Positions 6,996 through 18,603 are shown, counted from the stretch's first letter. The stretch: DNA of 19,009 nt from an uncultured Pseudomonadota bacterium (GCA_963847705.1 CAWKBC010000039.1:1-19009); one strand, 5' to 3'. Notes: a model not told the origin generated them from the sequence alone. Numbers and translations are program-made.

Positions 6996-7640
6996 TGGCC
7001 AGTCGTGCTGCATGGCCGTGTTGCGCAGGCGGAGGTCGGGATTGACCGCCGTCGGGTGGCCGACGACCGACAGCATCGGCAGGTCGCTCATGCTGTCGCT
7101 GTAGCCGTAACAGTCGGACAGATTCAGCTTCTCTTTCTCGGCGTAGATCCGCATCCAGCTCGCCTTCGTCGCGGAGGCCATCATGGGCGGCAGCAGCCGG
7201 CCGGTGGCGTATCCGTCCACGAATTCCAGTCGATTGGTCACATAGTCGTCGATCTTGAGGTGCTTGGCGAGCGGCCCGACGGTCAGATCCAGCGCGCCCG
7301 TCACCAGCACCTGCCGCAGCCCGAGCTGACGCGATTTGTCGATGAGCTCGTAGGCACCCGGGAAGATCGAGGGGCGCAGCACGGTGTCGAACAGCTCGTC
7401 GGCCAGCGCCCGCAGCCGATCCTCCGACTCGCCCTTGTAGCGGATGAAGAAGATGTCGTTGAAGAGGCGCCGGTTGAAGAAATCGGTGGCGAGAAACAGC
7501 GGAACGCTCAACATGGTCGCCGCCGTCTTGGTGATGCTCTTCAGGATCCCCTGCTGGTTGCGCGCGCTGAAGGCGAACGCATGGACGAGGTTCGTGCGGA
7601 CGAGGGTCCCGTCCAGATCGTAGAAAGCTGCGGCGGCCAT
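6978..7640 (-). CDS. HAD-superfamily subfamily IB hydrolase (SerB-like / lipid phosphatase)
   Basis: Start reassigned to ATG 7640 (MAAAAFYDLDGTL). Motif I DLDGT, motif II VTG, motif III K, motif IV YSDSMSD, and C-terminal PTAVNPD..L...A...WPILDLR. Confidence 0.93.
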   Translation of the reverse strand: MAAAAFYDLDGTLVRTNLVHAFAFSARNQQGILKSITKTAATMLSVPLFLATDFFNRRLFNDIFFIRYKGESEDRLRALADELFDTVLRPSIFPGAYELIDKSRQLGLRQVLVTGALDLTVGPLAKHLKIDDYVTNRLEFVDGYATGRLLPPMMASATKASWMRIYAEKEKLNLSDCYGYSDSMSDLPMLSVVGHPTAVNPDLRLRNTAMQHDWPILDLR

Positions 7641-7692
7641 CGAAATTCGGGAAGGCCCCGTATACCACAGGCATAATCGACAGGCTTTTTCG

Positions 7693-9459
7693 ATGAAGAA
7701 GGTCGTTGGCCGCGAGCTCTTGACCACCATCCTCAGGGAGGCGACACCGCCCGATCTGCGGATCGTCGGGCGCACGCTCACCCACGCCGCCATCGTGGGC
7801 GCCGCGGCAGGGCTGATGGGGGCGGCCTTCTTCGCCACGCTCGAGCTGGTCCAGCGGCTGGTGCTGGAGGATCTCGGCGGCTACCGGCCGCTGCGGGCCA
7901 GCGGCGAGACCTTCCTGCCCGAGCTCGGCCACCTGGCCCACTTCCGCCCCTGGCTGCTGGTGCTGCTGCCGGCGGCGGGCGCGCTGGCGGCCGGCATCTT
8001 CTCGCAGCTGGCGCCCGAGACCTACGGCGGCGGCGGCGACGCGATGATCGACGCCTTTCACCACCATGGCGGCGTGATCCGCAAGCGGGTCTCCTGGGTG
8101 AAGGCCATCGCGTCGATCTTCACGCTCGGCACGGGCGGCTCCGGGGGACGCGAGGGGCCGACCATGCAGATCGGCGGCGCGCTGGGCTCGCTCTGCGCGC
8201 GCCTGCTGCGCGTCGACGTCGCCGAACGGCGCATCTTGATGGTGGCCGGCGTGGCGGGCGGGATCGCCGCCGTCTTCCGCACGCCGCTCGGCGCCGCGCT
8301 GCTGGCCGTCGAGGTGCTCTACCGCGACGACTTCGAGTCCGACGCGCTGGTCCCGGCCGTCCTGGCCAGCGTCACGGCCTACTCCGTCGTCATCTCGATC
8401 TTCGGCGAGTCCACGCTGTTCGCCCACCCGGGGCGCTTCCCCTTCGTCATCAAGCACCTGCCGCTCTACGGTCTGCTGGCGCTCTTGGTGTCCGTGCTGG
8501 CGGTGGTGTTCGTCTCCACCTTGCGGGGCGTCCAGAAGATCACGGCCGGGGTCTCCATCCCGATCTGGGCCCGGCCGGCGCTGGGCGGGCTCGCCATGGG
8601 CGTCTTCTGCGTCCCCATCATCGTCGTCGTCGGCTGGAAGCTGGGGCAGCCGGGTCAGGGGCTCGGCCTCCTGGGCGGCGGCTACGGCGCCGTGCAGGTG
8701 GCGATCACGGGCGCCAGCTGGCTGCCGCTCGGGTGGACCGGCGCTCTGCTGCTGCTGTTTCTCTGTCTGGCCAAGATCATGTCGTCCTCGCTGACCATCG
8801 GCTCGGGCGGCAGCGCCGGCGACTTCGCCCCGGCGCTGGTGATCGGGGGCCTGTTTGGCGGCGCCTTCGGTCGCGTCGCCCAGATGCTGCTGCACGACCC
8901 GCGCATCGATCCCGGCGCCTTCGCGCTGGTGGCGATGGGGACCTTCTACGGCGGCATCTCCCACACGCCGCTGTCGTCACTGGTCCTGGTCTGCGAGCTG
9001 GCCGGCAGCTACGACCTCCTCGTGCCGCTCATGCTGGCCGAGGGGATCGCCTTCGTCGCCCTCCGCAATCGGTCGCTCTACACCGCCCAGGTCAAGAGCC
9101 AGCGCGAATCGCCCGCGCACAAGACGGCCGCCACCCTCGACGTGCTGACCACCACCCGGGTCGGCGCGATCATGCGGATGATCTCGGTCAGCGGCATCCC
9201 CATCACGGCGCGCGGGTTCTCCGTCCGTTCCGACGTCGATCTGCGCACGGCGGCCAAGATGATGCTGGACAACAAGCTGCGCGAGATCCAGGTGACCGAC
9301 ACGGAAGGACAGGTCGTCGGGCTGCTCGATGAGGCCGAGATCTCGCGCTGTTACCTCGACGCCGCCGAGCGCCCCGACCAGCCGGCGGCCGCGCCGGCCG
9401 AGCCCGCCTCCACCCCGGCGCCGCCCACCGACGCGCCGGAACCTGCGACGAAACCCTAG
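7693..9459 (+). CDS. ClC-family chloride channel/transporter with C-terminal CBS region
   Basis: GGSGGREGP (gating Glu), FRTPLGAALLAVE, GSGGSAGDFAP, HTPLSSLVLVCEL, SLY; CBS-like VTDTEGQVVGLL. Confidence 0.95.
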   Translation: MKKVVGRELLTTILREATPPDLRIVGRTLTHAAIVGAAAGLMGAAFFATLELVQRLVLEDLGGYRPLRASGETFLPELGHLAHFRPWLLVLLPAAGALAAGIFSQLAPETYGGGGDAMIDAFHHHGGVIRKRVSWVKAIASIFTLGTGGSGGREGPTMQIGGALGSLCARLLRVDVAERRILMVAGVAGGIAAVFRTPLGAALLAVEVLYRDDFESDALVPAVLASVTAYSVVISIFGESTLFAHPGRFPFVIKHLPLYGLLALLVSVLAVVFVSTLRGVQKITAGVSIPIWARPALGGLAMGVFCVPIIVVVGWKLGQPGQGLGLLGGGYGAVQVAITGASWLPLGWTGALLLLFLCLAKIMSSSLTIGSGGSAGDFAPALVIGGLFGGAFGRVAQMLLHDPRIDPGAFALVAMGTFYGGISHTPLSSLVLVCELAGSYDLLVPLMLAEGIAFVALRNRSLYTAQVKSQRESPAHKTAATLDVLTTTRVGAIMRMISVSGIPITARGFSVRSDVDLRTAAKMMLDNKLREIQVTDTEGQVVGLLDEAEISRCYLDAAERPDQPAAAPAEPASTPAPPTDAPEPATKP

Positions 9460-9554
9460 GCCACGCCGGCTCGAACCTGGCCGGGGGTGTGCTGGGCGGC
9501 GTTTCGGCATATTCTCGCGGGCCGTCCCCCTCTTCTTGCCTTGGGAGGTTCCCC

Positions 9555-11069
9555 TTGGACCACCGCCTGGTCGCATCCCCCCGAGCGACAGCGCTCCGTT
9601 CGATCTTCACTTATGTGGCTCTCGTGCCCCTCTTGACCCTCGTCGGCTGCGCCGGCAAAGGCGGCACCACCGCCACCGGCGGCAGCGGTGCCAGCGGTGG
9701 CGGTGGATCGAAAGGCTCCGGCGGCTCGCCCGCGACCGGCGGTGGCCCCGGCACCGGCGGCAACCCGGCCACGGCTGGCAGCGTTGGATCGACCGGCGGA
9801 ATCGTCGGCACCGGCGGCAGCCCCGGCACCGGCGGCAACCCCGCGACGGGCGGCAGCCCCGGCACCGGCGGCACACCAGCGACGGGCGGCTCGCCCGGCA
9901 CCGGTGGGACATCGACGGTCAGCGACGCGGGCACCGACGCCGCCTGCCAGACGGCCGACTACCAGTTCGTCCAGCAGATCCCGACGGTCTATCTGCTCGT
10001 CGATCGCTCGGGCAGCATGTTCCATTGCCTCGACTCCTCGAATCCCGTCTGCGACAACCAGATGGACACCTCCTGGTACACGTTGAAGACGGCGATCGAG
10101 TCAGTGATAAAGACGCTCGATTCGCAGGTGCGCTTCGGCTTCACCACGGTCTGGGGGACCAACCCGGCCGGATCCGGCGGGATGTGCCCGTCGCTGCAAG
10201 GGATGCTGACGGACAGCGTTGCGCCCGCGCTGAACAACGCCGCGACGATCACCGCCAAGTACGACGGCCTCCCCTGGCCGACCGCCGGCGGAAGCAGTAC
10301 GCCGGGCATGAAGTTCGAGTCTCCCGCCAGTGAGTCGATCGGCAACGTCGCGAAGGCGCTCATGGCCGACACCGATCCCGGGCCGAAGTACATCATCTTC
10401 CTCACCGACGGGCAGCCGGATTACTGCGACGACTCGCTCGCGCTCTGCGCCATCGACTCGGTCGTCTATCACCTGCAGGTGGCCCAGATGGCCGGCATCG
10501 ACACGATCGTCTTCGGCGTTCTCACGACGCAGTTCGATCTACCGGCGGGCACGCTCCAGGCATTCGCCAACGCCGGGGCCGGCGAGCCGACGATCGCGCC
10601 GGTCGGGTCAGGGCAGGACGTCAACGCCTTCTACGACCAGTGCGGCAACGGCAACATCGCCGGCTGGTTGGCCGACCTCGCCGCCTCCGGCAAGCCGAAG
10701 GCGCGGGGGACGTCGCTCGGTACCTACTCGACGACGATGGGGCCGACGAAGCCCTACCAGCCGATGGCCTCCGACGAGAGCATGCTGACAACGCAACTTT
10801 CGGCAGCGCTGGCCGGGGTGAAGAGCTGCTCGTTCGATCTGAGCGACGTCGACGGCAAGTCAATCAAGGTCGACACCACCCAGCTGGCGAAGGCGAGCGT
10901 GAAGGTCGAAGGGGTCACCGTTCCTCAGGACGCAACCAACGGCTGGAGCATCGACGCGACCTCTTCGAACACGCTGCTTTTCAACGGGACCGCCTGCACC
11001 AACTGGCGGATGCCGAACAACAACGACATCAGCTTCGCCTTCCCTTGCGGCACCATCATCTTCGAGTGA
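9555..11069 (+). CDS. vWA-domain lipoprotein with Gly-rich linker
   Basis: Start reassigned to in-frame TTG 9555, preceded by GGAGG at 9544-9548. Lipobox LVGC; MIDAS DRSGS and IFLTDGQPD; Cys-containing C-terminal domain. Confidence 0.88.
   Translation: MDHRLVASPRATALRSIFTYVALVPLLTLVGCAGKGGTTATGGSGASGGGGSKGSGGSPATGGGPGTGGNPATAGSVGSTGGIVGTGGSPGTGGNPATGGSPGTGGTPATGGSPGTGGTSTVSDAGTDAACQTADYQFVQQIPTVYLLVDRSGSMFHCLDSSNPVCDNQMDTSWYTLKTAIESVIKTLDSQVRFGFTTVWGTNPAGSGGMCPSLQGMLTDSVAPALNNAATITAKYDGLPWPTAGGSSTPGMKFESPASESIGNVAKALMADTDPGPKYIIFLTDGQPDYCDDSLALCAIDSVVYHLQVAQMAGIDTIVFGVLTTQFDLPAGTLQAFANAGAGEPTIAPVGSGQDVNAFYDQCGNGNIAGWLADLAASGKPKARGTSLGTYSTTMGPTKPYQPMASDESMLTTQLSAALAGVKSCSFDLSDVDGKSIKVDTTQLAKASVKVEGVTVPQDATNGWSIDATSSNTLLFNGTACTNWRMPNNNDISFAFPCGTIIFE
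9672..9909 (+). repeat. Coding tandem repeats (18-nt units encoding GG[S/N]P[G/A]T)
   Basis: Repeated CCCGGCACCGGCGGC / CCCGCGACGGGCGGC, encoding GGSPGTGGNPATGGSPGTGGTPAT. Confidence 0.85.
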
Positions 11070-11073
11070 ACCC

Positions 11074-12558
11074 ATGAATGACCATCGACTCTCCTTGTTG
11101 TGCGCGGCGACGCTGGCGTTCGGCTGCAGCGCCGGCGTGAGCGGGAAGACCGGCAGCGGCGGCTCCACCGGCACCGGCACCGGTGGCAGCGGCGGCTCCA
11201 CCGCCAGCGGCGGCTCCACCGCCAGCGGCGGACGCGGCGGCAGCTCCTCGACCGGCGGCTCCAACGGCACCGGCGGCAGCTCCAGCGGCACCGACGCCAG
11301 CCTGGACGGCGCCTGCGCGGCCTCCACGGTGGGCGCCCAGCCGGTCCCGCTCGATCTCTACTTCTTGATGGACAGCTCGAAGTCGATGAACGACCAGACG
11401 GGCGCCGGGACGACCAAGTGGGCCGCCGTCAGCTCGGCGCTGAACACCTTCTTCACCGACTCCGGCTCCGCCGGGCTCGGTGTGGCGCTCAAGTACTTCC
11501 CGGACGAGCAGTCGAAAGCCCCGGCCTCCTGCGCGATGGCGTCGGACTGCACGGTCGGCGGCACCAGCTACGGCGCCTGCGACTTCCGGGACACCTGCGT
11601 CAGCAGCGGCGCATCAACCACTGCCGTTTCCCCTCTGTGTATCGACGCCAGCACGTGCGGCACGCAGACCTGCTCTCGGATCAAGAGCTGCACCGACGGG
11701 AGCTACTGCGCCGCGGGACCGACGGCGCCCACGACCGCCTGCACCGGCTGCAGCGACTTCGCGGGGTACTGCCACCTGCGAGATATCTGCACGAGCAGCG
11801 AGTACGCCACCCCGAACGTCGCCATCGGGACGCTGCCGGGCGCAGCCTCCGGGCTCGCCTCATCGCTCTCGGGTCACACCCCCGACGGCTACACGCCGAC
11901 TGGACCCGCCCTGACCGGCGCCATCACCTGGGCGAAGCAGCAACAAACCAACAATCCAGACCACAAGGTGGCGATCGTGTTGGTGACCGACGGGCTGCCC
12001 GGGGGATTCATCCCGGGATTCCCGCCTGCAGAGTGCGCACCAAGTGATATTCCGGGGATCTCCGCGATTCTCAGCGGAGCGGCCACCGGAACGACCCCGA
12101 TCCTCACCTTCGTCGTCGGGATCTTTAACCTCAACTCGGCCGAAGGGATGATGGCACCGTCCAACCTGATGTCGCTGGCTCAGGCCGGCGGGACCGACAG
12201 CGCGGTCATCATCGACGTCACGGGGAACACCGTCACGCAACAGCTGCACGATGCGCTCGCCAAGGCGCAGAGCAAGGCGATCGCGTGCTCGTACTCCATC
12301 CCGCCGTCGACGGGGGGGACCGGCGTCGACTTCAACAAGGTCAACGTCCAGTTCACCGGCAGTGCCGGCTCGACCACCATCGGGCACACCGGCTCGTCGT
12401 CGGCTTGCGACAAGGGGGGCTGGTACTACGACGTCGATCCGGCGGCCGGGACGCCGACGAAGATCATCGCCTGCCCTTCGACCTGCACCCAGTTCAACGC
12501 GGACGTCAGCGGACACGTCGACATCGTCCTCGGCTGCGCCACCATCAGCGTCGGATAG
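11074..12558 (+). CDS. vWA-domain lipoprotein with Cys-rich insertion
   Basis: Lipobox AFGC; Gly/Ser linker; MIDAS DSSKS, TPTGPAL, VLVTDGLP; a Cys-rich segment inside the vWA domain; C-terminal GWYYD...CPSTC...LGCAT. Confidence 0.9.
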   Translation: MNDHRLSLLCAATLAFGCSAGVSGKTGSGGSTGTGTGGSGGSTASGGSTASGGRGGSSSTGGSNGTGGSSSGTDASLDGACAASTVGAQPVPLDLYFLMDSSKSMNDQTGAGTTKWAAVSSALNTFFTDSGSAGLGVALKYFPDEQSKAPASCAMASDCTVGGTSYGACDFRDTCVSSGASTTAVSPLCIDASTCGTQTCSRIKSCTDGSYCAAGPTAPTTACTGCSDFAGYCHLRDICTSSEYATPNVAIGTLPGAASGLASSLSGHTPDGYTPTGPALTGAITWAKQQQTNNPDHKVAIVLVTDGLPGGFIPGFPPAECAPSDIPGISAILSGAATGTTPILTFVVGIFNLNSAEGMMAPSNLMSLAQAGGTDSAVIIDVTGNTVTQQLHDALAKAQSKAIACSYSIPPSTGGTGVDFNKVNVQFTGSAGSTTIGHTGSSSACDKGGWYYDVDPAAGTPTKIIACPSTCTQFNADVSGHVDIVLGCATISVG

Positions 12559-14773
12559 CGTCGCCGAGATCGAACGCCGACCAGAGGCTGGAGGCGTCGT
12601 CGCTCCACCCTCGCCCCCCGGGCGGCAAGGGGCGCCAGCGCGCGTCGTGGCCGAGCGCCTGTAGGTCTCGCGCCTCGCGCGCGAGCACCACCCAGGCCGA
12701 CGGGGAGATCCCCGCATTCACCTCGGCCTCCGTCACGCCGCCGAACCGCTTGATACCAATCAGCCCCTCCGCGGCCGCGGCGCCCGCGACGACCGGCACG
12801 AGTGACAGGTACTGGTTCGACAGGTGAAACGCCAGCAGGCCCCCGGGCCCGAGCTTCCGCGCGTAGAGCGCGAGGGCCTCGCGGGTCAGCAGGTGGGCCG
12901 GCACGGCGTCCGAGCTGAAGGCGTCGAGCACCAGGAGCCCGAACGTCCCGTCAGGGACGCCGCCCAGCGACAGCCGACCGTCACCGAGCACGACGTCCAC
13001 CTGCCCGCGCGTGTCGGCGAGATAGCTGAAGAGGCCACGATCGCGCGCGATGTCCACGATGGCCGGATCGATCTCGAAGTAGGTCCAGTGCTCGCCAGGC
13101 GCTGCGTAGGCGGCGAGCGTGCCGACGCCGAGCCCGACGAGACCGACGCGCTGGCGCTGAGGTCGGCCGGCGAGCGCCTTCATGACGTCGCCGATCGGTC
13201 CGCCGCGGCTGTAGTAGGTGAGGGGCTCTCGGCGCCGGCCCGGCGCCAGATCCTGCGCGCCGTGAACGGTGTTTCCGTTGGCCAGCCTCAGCATCGAAGG
13301 TCCGACCCGCACCACCTTGTGGACGGCGTAGAAGCTGCGGGCCTCGAACACGATGTGCGCCGCCCCCTGCACGTAGAAGGCGCCCGAGGCCATCATCGCC
13401 GCCAGGCCCAGGCCGAACCGACGGGGCCGCCCGCGAAAGGCGTAGACGGCGCAGCCGGCCGCGGCCAGCAAGAAAGCGAGCGCCACGCTCTCGGCCCGCG
13501 GGCCGAGGTGAGCGGACGCTCGCCCGAGCACCCAGACGGCGCCCGTCAAGAGCACGGCCAGGACCGCCGGGAGCGTCAAATCGCGGCGTCGCTCGACCGG
13601 CCCGTCGACCGCAGACGCGGGCGCGGGCCGAAGCAGCGCCGCCGCCACGAAGCCGAGCGGATACTCCACGACCGAGCGAAACAGCACCGGCGCCAGGAAC
13701 ACGTTGAAGAGTCCGCCCAGGGCCCCGCCAAAGGCGACCCAGAGGTAGAACTCGGTCGACCGCGCGGCGGAGGGACGGCTGGCGGCCAGCGTCTGATGGC
13801 AGCAGAGCGCCGTCACGAAGAAGGTCGCCAGATGAACGGGGATGAGGACCAGCGCTCCCCCCACCGTCGTCAGGAACATCTCCGCGGCCAGCGGCACCAG
13901 CAAGAGAGGTTGCAGCCAGAGCATCCGCCGCGGGGAGAGCAGCTCCCGCCGGCTGAAGGCGAGGATGAACGTCGCCAGGTAGAGGGCCAGGGGGATCACC
14001 CAGAGGAGCGGCAGCGCGAGGAGATCGGTGGTCACGTAGGTGGTGACCGAGAGCAGGAGGCTCGAGGGGACCATCGCCAGGGCCAGCCAGCGCGCCCGTT
14101 CGCTCCAGCGCGGGCGGTCGAGGCCGACGCCGTCGCGCAGGGGCTCGGCCACCGGCAGCGGCGCCCGCTCACCCGGGCGCGACAGCTGGCGCACCGTCAC
14201 CATCGCGCAGGCCCCGACGAACCCGACCGCCAGCCCCAGGCCCCCGTTCCAGAGATGCCGCTGGCGAGCCAGACCGATGAGGGGTTCGATCACCACCGGG
14301 TAGGCGCAAAGCGCCACCAGGCTGCCCGTGTTGCTGGCGGCGTACAGAAAGTAGGGGTCGCCGGCGTGGCCGTGCCGCGTCGAGGCGACCCAGGCCTGCA
14401 GCAAGGGGGCCGTGGCGGCCAGCAGGACGAAGGGCGGGCCGATCGTCAGCGCCAGACGCGCGAACAGCCAGAGCGCCTGATGCGCGGGCGGCGGCGCCCA
14501 ACCCCCGAGCGCCGCGAGCGGGAGCAGCCAGGCGACGGCGGCCAGCACCGCGACGTGGAGCGCGGCGCTGGCCCGGGCCGGCAAGCGCGCGGCGAGGAGG
14601 TGGGCGTAGAGGTAACCGACCACCAGCGCGAGCTGAAAGAACGCGACCGACGTGGTCCAGACCACCGCCCCGCCGCCAAGCGCGGGGAGCAACCCCTTGG
14701 CGACGAGCGGTTCGACGGCGAACAGCAGCGACGACGTGAGGAACAGCGTCGTCGCGAAGAGCGGAACGAGCAC
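12545..14773 (-). CDS. Membrane-fused spermidine-synthase-like SAM-dependent methyltransferase
   Basis: Multi-TM N-terminus (LLFAVEPLVAK, DPYFLYAASNTGS), HGAQ, VGLGVGTLAAY, FEIDP, GDGRL, LDAFSSDAVPAHLLTREA, WSDD. Confidence 0.92.
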   Translation of the reverse strand: MLVPLFATTLFLTSSLLFAVEPLVAKGLLPALGGGAVVWTTSVAFFQLALVVGYLYAHLLAARLPARASAALHVAVLAAVAWLLPLAALGGWAPPPAHQALWLFARLALTIGPPFVLLAATAPLLQAWVASTRHGHAGDPYFLYAASNTGSLVALCAYPVVIEPLIGLARQRHLWNGGLGLAVGFVGACAMVTVRQLSRPGERAPLPVAEPLRDGVGLDRPRWSERARWLALAMVPSSLLLSVTTYVTTDLLALPLLWVIPLALYLATFILAFSRRELLSPRRMLWLQPLLLVPLAAEMFLTTVGGALVLIPVHLATFFVTALCCHQTLAASRPSAARSTEFYLWVAFGGALGGLFNVFLAPVLFRSVVEYPLGFVAAALLRPAPASAVDGPVERRRDLTLPAVLAVLLTGAVWVLGRASAHLGPRAESVALAFLLAAAGCAVYAFRGRPRRFGLGLAAMMASGAFYVQGAAHIVFEARSFYAVHKVVRVGPSMLRLANGNTVHGAQDLAPGRRREPLTYYSRGGPIGDVMKALAGRPQRQRVGLVGLGVGTLAAYAAPGEHWTYFEIDPAIVDIARDRGLFSYLADTRGQVDVVLGDGRLSLGGVPDGTFGLLVLDAFSSDAVPAHLLTREALALYARKLGPGGLLAFHLSNQYLSLVPVVAGAAAAEGLIGIKRFGGVTEAEVNAGISPSAWVVLAREARDLQALGHDARWRPLPPGGRGWSDDASSLWSAFDLGDAIRR

Positions 14774-14811
14774 GTCCCGCCAGAGTACCGCGTTGCGGGC
14801 CCGGGCCGCGG

Positions 14812-16906
<2,095 letters not shown>

Positions 16907-17015
16907 GACGAATTGTTCCTTCGGGGTGCGGTGGTAAGGGCGCGGAGTTTAGTGAAGTTTGGGGCTTTCGCTAGCGCGAAAACCACCGTCTAGGATGCCA
17001 GGGGTCTGGCGCGCG

Positions 17016-17468
17016 TTACCGCACGCCGACCAGCTCCACGTCGAACACGAGGGTGGCGTTGGGGGGAATCGGCCCGCCCGGCGTGCCGCGCGCGCCGTAG
17101 GCGAGATCGGGCGGAATGGTCAGCTTGCGCTTGCCGCCCACCTTCATCCCCTCGATCCCTTGATCCCAGCCTTTGATGACCACGCCCCCGCCGAGCGGGA
17201 AGTCGATCGGCTGGCCGCGATCGTAGGAGCTGTCGAACTTGGTCCCGTCGGTGAGGCGCCCGGTGTAGTGAACGGAGACCGTCTTCCCCTTGGTCGCCAG
17301 CGCGCCCTCCCCGGGCTTCACCTCGTCGACGACCAGACCGCCCGCGGCGGCGGCGCTCTTCTTGCCGTCCTTGGAGTCGGCCGAGGCGCCTGAACCGCCC
17401 GCCTTGTGCAGGCAGCCCCCGGAGAGCGCCACGGCGAGAGCCATCAGAGGTCCAACCAGCTTCGTCAT
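17016..17468 (-). CDS. FKBP-type peptidyl-prolyl cis-trans isomerase, probable lipoprotein
   Basis: [58 protein letters not shown]. Start reassigned to ATG 17468, giving a signal ending LSGGC. Confidence 0.95.
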   Translation of the reverse strand: MTKLVGPLMALAVALSGGCLHKAGGSGASADSKDGKKSAAAAGGLVVDEVKPGEGALATKGKTVSVHYTGRLTDGTKFDSSYDRGQPIDFPLGGGVVIKGWDQGIEGMKVGGKRKLTIPPDLAYGARGTPGGPIPPNATLVFDVELVGVR

Positions 17469-17521
17469 TTGGCGCGGCACCATAGCACGCCGCCCGGGGT
17501 GGCCAACACGCGCGCGGTCGT

Positions 17522-18364
17522 TCAACCGATGGCAGCGGTCCGGACCAAGATCTCGCTGACCGGTCCGCGGCTGCGCCCGACCGAATTGATCGCGCGACGC
17601 GCGGGGACCTTCTGGTGCTTGAGCCCCGCGTAGAGCTGCAGCGTGGTGCGACAGTACGAGTTCGACAGGACGGCCGGGACGCTGTTTCGAGAGAGCTCAC
17701 CGAGCGCGTCGGCCAATCGTTGTTGATCCTCCTGTCCGAACGCGCGCTGCGCGTAGGCGGTGAACGAGGAGGTGCGCGACAGCGGCACGTAGGGGGGATC
17801 GAGGTAGACGAAGTCGTTCGCGCCCGGCTGGCACCCTTCGAGCATCTGGCGAAAATCGCCCAGGACGATCTCCACATTCTGTTGCAGCGCCCGCGAGGCC
17901 GCCGTCAAACGCGGAACATCGCAAATCGTCGGCCGTGCGTAGCGGCCGAAGGGCACGTTGAACTGCCCGCCGCTGTTCACCCGATAGAGCCCGTTGTAGC
18001 CGCAGCGATTGAGATAGATGACGCGGGCGGCGCGCGCGGCGCTGGAGAGCCGTGCCGGATCCTTGGCCCGAATTCTATAGTAGTCCACTGGGGTGTTGCG
18101 GTGCTTGCGCAGCTCCGCGATCACCGCCTCCACGTCGTCGCGCACCGTCTGGTAACAGTTGACCAGCTCGGGGTTGGCGTCGCCGAGCACGGCGCGAGTG
18201 AAGCGCTTCTCGGCCGCCAGGGCGAAGAACACCGCGCCGCCGCCCACGAAGGGCTCGCAGTAGGTGTCGATGCGCGCGGGTGCGAGAGCCAGAATGCGCG
18301 GCAACAACTGACGCTTGCCGCCCGCCCACTTGAGGAACGGCGCTGGCGGCGCACCATCATGCAT
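17522..18364 (-). CDS. dam: Dam-family (D12 class) DNA adenine methyltransferase, orphan within this window
   Basis: [51 protein letters not shown]. Start reassigned to ATG 18364. Confidence 0.93.
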   Translation of the reverse strand: MHDGAPPAPFLKWAGGKRQLLPRILALAPARIDTYCEPFVGGGAVFFALAAEKRFTRAVLGDANPELVNCYQTVRDDVEAVIAELRKHRNTPVDYYRIRAKDPARLSSAARAARVIYLNRCGYNGLYRVNSGGQFNVPFGRYARPTICDVPRLTAASRALQQNVEIVLGDFRQMLEGCQPGANDFVYLDPPYVPLSRTSSFTAYAQRAFGQEDQQRLADALGELSRNSVPAVLSNSYCRTTLQLYAGLKHQKVPARRAINSVGRSRGPVSEILVRTAAIG

Positions 18365-18603
18365 GTTGCGTTCTTGCGTAGCGTGAATCGCTGGCGGCGT
18401 GCAAGCAAAAGGGATCGTCACTGATCCTCGGATCTCGAATCGTAGTCCAAGTCGTCCTCGCCGTTGCGTGCGTCACCCAGTTTTTACCGTCTTTTCTGCT
18501 GTTTTTTGTTCCGTCGCACGATCTTTCTCTTTAGAGTCTTGGGCCTGAAACAGCGGGCCGCGCAGCGTCCCCCGCTCCGACAAGCCAGGAAAAGGAGACC
18601 GAC

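Noticed and set aside
7641-7838. N-terminal extensions in the ORF track (HAD to 7838; also 4642, 9489, 17525, 18421)
   Set aside because: They overlap neighbours or promoters; family motifs, signal peptides or SD support the shorter starts.
12545-12558. 14-nt overlap of convergent 3' ends
   Set aside because: Common in compact GC-rich genomes; no further signal.
17522-18364. dam as part of a restriction-modification or prophage locus
   Set aside because: Flanked by FKBP and HU genes; no nuclease, integrase or phage genes in the window.
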